35,886 nt of DNA, taken from IMG/VR virus record IMGVR_UViG_3300031998_000037; one strand, 5' to 3'. The position numbers and the translations under genes were made by a program. Below are positions 32,940-35,886 of this stretch, in pieces. Positions within the stretch are counted from its first letter, which is position 1. Each line of letters begins with the position of its first letter. The notes beneath the pieces were generated by a model that worked only from the letters and a program-made list of their open reading frames with translations, was not told the DNA's origin and did no database searches. This DNA comes from a virus (taxonomy: Duplodnaviria > Heunggongvirae > Uroviricota > Caudoviricetes).

Positions 32940-35886
32940 ATATTTCTGTTATCATAAACATACGGACTATAGTTTGCTTGATAGCTGCACAAATTATAAG
33001 GACTATATAGACTATGAAGTAAGTCTTGGGCATACCGCTACAGCCTTTACAGAGCATGGTAAACCATCAGGCTGGGTAAAGAAAAAGATGTACTGCGACG
33101 AAAAAGGCATCAAGTATATTCACGGTGTTGAATGCTATCTCACTGAAAGTCTTGAAAACAAAGTGCGTGACAACTATCATACTGTTTTGCTGGCACGAAA
33201 TTTAGATGGTGTAAAAGAAATAAATGCTCTCATATCAAAGTCAACTCAGGCAGATCATTTTTACTACACAAACCGTGTCACGTTTGATGAGTTTTTATCT
33301 TTATCAGATAATGTCTTAAAAATAAGTGCGTGTTTGGCATCTCCTCTCAACGAGTTTGATAGGCAAAATCCTATATATGACAAGCTTGCTGCGGCTTATG
33401 ACTACTATGAGATACAATATCACGACTGCCCAGAACAAAAGGAATATAATATATATCTTAGCCAATTGGCTAAAAAGTATGGTAAGAAGCTTATTGCGGC
33501 TACCGACACCCATAGTCTAAATAAATATAAAGCAGAGTGCAGAAAGATATTGCTGATCTATAAAGACAAAAGGTACGGCAATGAAGATAATTTTGATTTG
33601 TCCTATAAGACATACGATGAACTTGTTGCAGCTTTCAAGAAACAAGATGCTTTGTCTGAGGATATATTCTTAGAGGCAATAGAAGAAACCAATAGACTTG
33701 CTGACAGTATAGAGGACTTCACTCTTGATACAACAGCAAAATATCCAATATTGTACGGCACAGTCGAAGAGGACAACAAACGTTTTGTTGAATGCATTGA
33801 TTCATATTTCAACACAAAGCTCAATAATCGCATAATATCTATTGATAAGTCAGCCGAATATAGGGCGGCAATTGACGAAGAATTACGTGTATTCAAGAAA
33901 TTACAGATGTGTGGCTTTATGCTGTCAATGTCCGAGCTAATAAGTTGGTGTAAAGAAAATGATATACCAGTAGGAACGGGGCGCGGCTCGGTATGTGGTT
34001 CAGTTATAGCTTACCTTACAAATGTTACAGACGTTGATCCTATAATCTGGCATACAGTGTTCTCGCGTTTTTGCAATGAGGACAGGCAGGAGTTGGGCGA
34101 TATAGATACTGATGTTATCGCTGAGGATAGACCGCGAATTTTTGAGTATGTAATTGGCAGATTTGGCATTGAAAAGACGGCAAGAGTTCCTTCTTACGGC
34201 ACTTTAAAAGATAAGGCTGTTATTGACGGTATCTGCAATGCTCTTGATAAAATCTGGTTTGCTGAACACAACAATCATTTATACACTCTTGATAAGGTTA
34301 AGGGCATAAAGAAGGAATTTGAAAAAGACTCAGAAGCAACCAAGAAAAAATATCCCGATATATTCTATTACTTTGACGGTTTGCTTGATACTAAAATTTC
34401 TCAGTCAGTGCATCCAGCAGGTATGGTCATAAGTCCTATAACATTGGCAGATAACTATGGTACATTCCTTAAAGACGGCGATGTTTGTCTGATGATTGAT
34501 ATGGACGAGTGTCACGATGTAGGACTTGTCAAGTATGATTTTCTCATTCTTAAAACGCTTGGCGTTATTTCTGATACCTGTAAATTTGTCAGTGAGCCTT
34601 ATCCGCAAGCGCATCAAATCAACTGGGACGATCAAAAAGTATGGGCAGATATGACTAAAAATCCAGCAACTATATTTCAGATGGAGAGTGAGTTTGCCTC
34701 TAAATCATTAAGACAGTTTAAGCCAAAGTCTATTTTTGATATGTCACTGGTTACAGCGGCTATCAGACCGTCAGGAGCGTCTTATCGTGATGATTTAATG
34801 CAGCATAAGGTTCATAAAAATCCGTCAATTATGATTGATAAACTGCTCGAAAATGATTATGGTTATCTTGTATATCAGGAATCAATCATTGCATTTCTAC
34901 AGCAAATTTGTGGGCTTTCAGGAAGTGAAGCTGACACGGTGCGTCGCGGTATAGCAAAAAAGAAAATGGATTTGCTTGAAAAGTGGATGCCTAAAATTCT
35001 TGACGGTTATTGTAGTAAGTCTGATAAACCGCGAAACGTTGCTGAAAATGAGGCAAAAGAATATCTGAAAGTTATAGAGGACGCATCGGCGTATATGTTT
35101 GGGCTAAATCATTCTATCGCTTATTGCATGATTGGTTATTACTGTGCTTATTTTCGCTATTATCATCCTCTTGAATATGTTACGGCATTTTTGAATAACG
35201 CTGCCAACGAGGAAGATATTGTGAATGGTACGGAGCTTGCAAAAGAATACAAGATCACAATTACTCCCCCAAGATTTGGCGAGTCGGCTGCAAAATATAT
35301 GCCGCACAAAGAGACTAACTCAATATCAAAAGGTATCGCAACGGTCAAATACTTAAATGATACGGTTAGTGATGAGCTTTATGAAATGAGCAAAAAAGGA
35401 TATTACAATTTCCTTGACATCCTTTATGACTTACAAAATACAAGCCTCAACTCTCGTCAGTTGCAAGTGCTGATAAAAATCGGCTACTTTGCAAACTATG
35501 GCAATATAAGAGAGCTGTTAAGAATGATTGATATATTTGAGTATTTTAAAGGCGGTACTCTTTCAGGCATAAAGACAGAGGACATGGCAAAAGCTTGGTG
35601 GGCAGATATTGCGAAAAAGTATTCCTCTAATATAGGTAAGAAGGGCAATGAACTAAAAACCTATAAGATACATGATTGCAAGGCTATACTCCGCGAATGT
35701 TTTGATGCGATACGTCAGCTCGGTCTTACTGATCTTGACGATAAGTTAAAAATGGAGGGACAAAAAGAATATCTTGGTTATGTTGATTTGACTACAGGCA
35801 AGGAAGAAGATAGGCGTAAGCTGCTTATTGAAAACATTTATCCTTTACGAAAAGCTGGAGAAGAACCGTGGGGATATGCAGCATTC
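32932..35886 (+). CDS. dnaE: DNA polymerase III alpha subunit (DnaE-type), runs off window
   Basis: PHP motifs HKHTDYSLLD and TEHG; GTGRGS; GDIDTD; YMFGLNHSIAY; same frame at all checked positions. Confidence 0.95.
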   Translation, partial: MHKYFCYHKHTDYSLLDSCTNYKDYIDYEVSLGHTATAFTEHGKPSGWVKKKMYCDEKGIKYIHGVECYLTESLENKVRDNYHTVLLARNLDGVKEINALISKSTQADHFYYTNRVTFDEFLSLSDNVLKISACLASPLNEFDRQNPIYDKLAAAYDYYEIQYHDCPEQKEYNIYLSQLAKKYGKKLIAATDTHSLNKYKAECRKILLIYKDKRYGNEDNFDLSYKTYDELVAAFKKQDALSEDIFLEAIEETNRLADSIEDFTLDTTAKYPILYGTVEEDNKRFVECIDSYFNTKLNNRIISIDKSAEYRAAIDEELRVFKKLQMCGFMLSMSELISWCKENDIPVGTGRGSVCGSVIAYLTNVTDVDPIIWHTVFSRFCNEDRQELGDIDTDVIAEDRPRIFEYVIGRFGIEKTARVPSYGTLKDKAVIDGICNALDKIWFAEHNNHLYTLDKVKGIKKEFEKDSEATKKKYPDIFYYFDGLLDTKISQSVHPAGMVISPITLADNYGTFLKDGDVCLMIDMDECHDVGLVKYDFLILKTLGVISDTCKFVSEPYPQAHQINWDDQKVWADMTKNPATIFQMESEFASKSLRQFKPKSIFDMSLVTAAIRPSGASYRDDLMQHKVHKNPSIMIDKLLENDYGYLVYQESIIAFLQQICGLSGSEADTVRRGIAKKKMDLLEKWMPKILDGYCSKSDKPRNVAENEAKEYLKVIEDASAYMFGLNHSIAYCMIGYYCAYFRYYHPLEYVTAFLNNAANEEDIVNGTELAKEYKITITPPRFGESAAKYMPHKETNSISKGIATVKYLNDTVSDELYEMSKKGYYNFLDILYDLQNTSLNSRQLQVLIKIGYFANYGNIRELLRMIDIFEYFKGGTLSGIKTEDMAKAWWADIAKKYSSNIGKKGNELKTYKIHDCKAILRECFDAIRQLGLTDLDDKLKMEGQKEYLGYVDLTTGKEEDRRKLLIENIYPLRKAGEEPWGYAAF

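Noticed and set aside
3546-35348. Many antisense ORFs in the track (for example 3546, 21884, 22693, 29412, 32704, 33603)
   Set aside because: Shadow frames opposite well-supported genes, without SD or recognisable motifs.
32932-35886. Intein or intron in DnaE
   Set aside because: PHP, GRGS, DIDxD and YxFxxxHS motifs stay in one frame at ordinary spacing; no insertion seen in the checked segments.
1-35886. Stop-codon reassignment (alternative genetic code)
   Set aside because: Long conserved genes are full length in the standard bacterial code, all three stops are used, and the tRNA is a normal Gln(TTG), not a suppressor.

Overview
Window from a large, AT-rich temperate-looking bacteriophage of a Firmicute, probably Clostridia (strong GGAGG SD sites, consensus sigma-A promoters, a Firmicute LexA box). 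No structural genes are present. Layout: (1) 1-4061, a leftward operon of small genes headed by a RepL-like winged-helix protein with iteron-like repeats. (2) About 4270-6250, a mostly non-coding divergence region with phased A/T tracts, an AT-rich patch and one small RHH gene (candidate origin or packaging end). (3) 6269-10101, early small genes joined by near-identical SD junctions, including a DenV-like gene. (4) 10290-16125, a lysogeny/regulatory block: tyrosine recombinase, HTH-MazF fusion, SOS-box gene, catalytically degenerate recombinase-fold protein, tRNA-Gln plus tRNA-like RNAs, DGQHR/ParB-like protein, a perfect 25-bp inverted repeat and a XerC-like recombinase. (5) 16180-28248, about 40 accessory genes (2 metallophosphoesterases, macrodomain, Lar, YopX, radical SAM). 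(6) A type I toxin-antitoxin locus, then the recombination/replication operon (Sak3-like, SSB, PD-(D/E)XK nuclease, primase-helicase, DnaE truncated by the window end). The strongest novel signals are a 12-bp box (ATGTAGTGTGAT) in four key promoters including that of the dead recombinase (an SPbeta MrpR-like repressor regulon, inferred), a candidate invertible segment in front of a recombinase, and tRNA mimics lacking anticodons. All family calls come from motif recognition by eye; no database searches were run.
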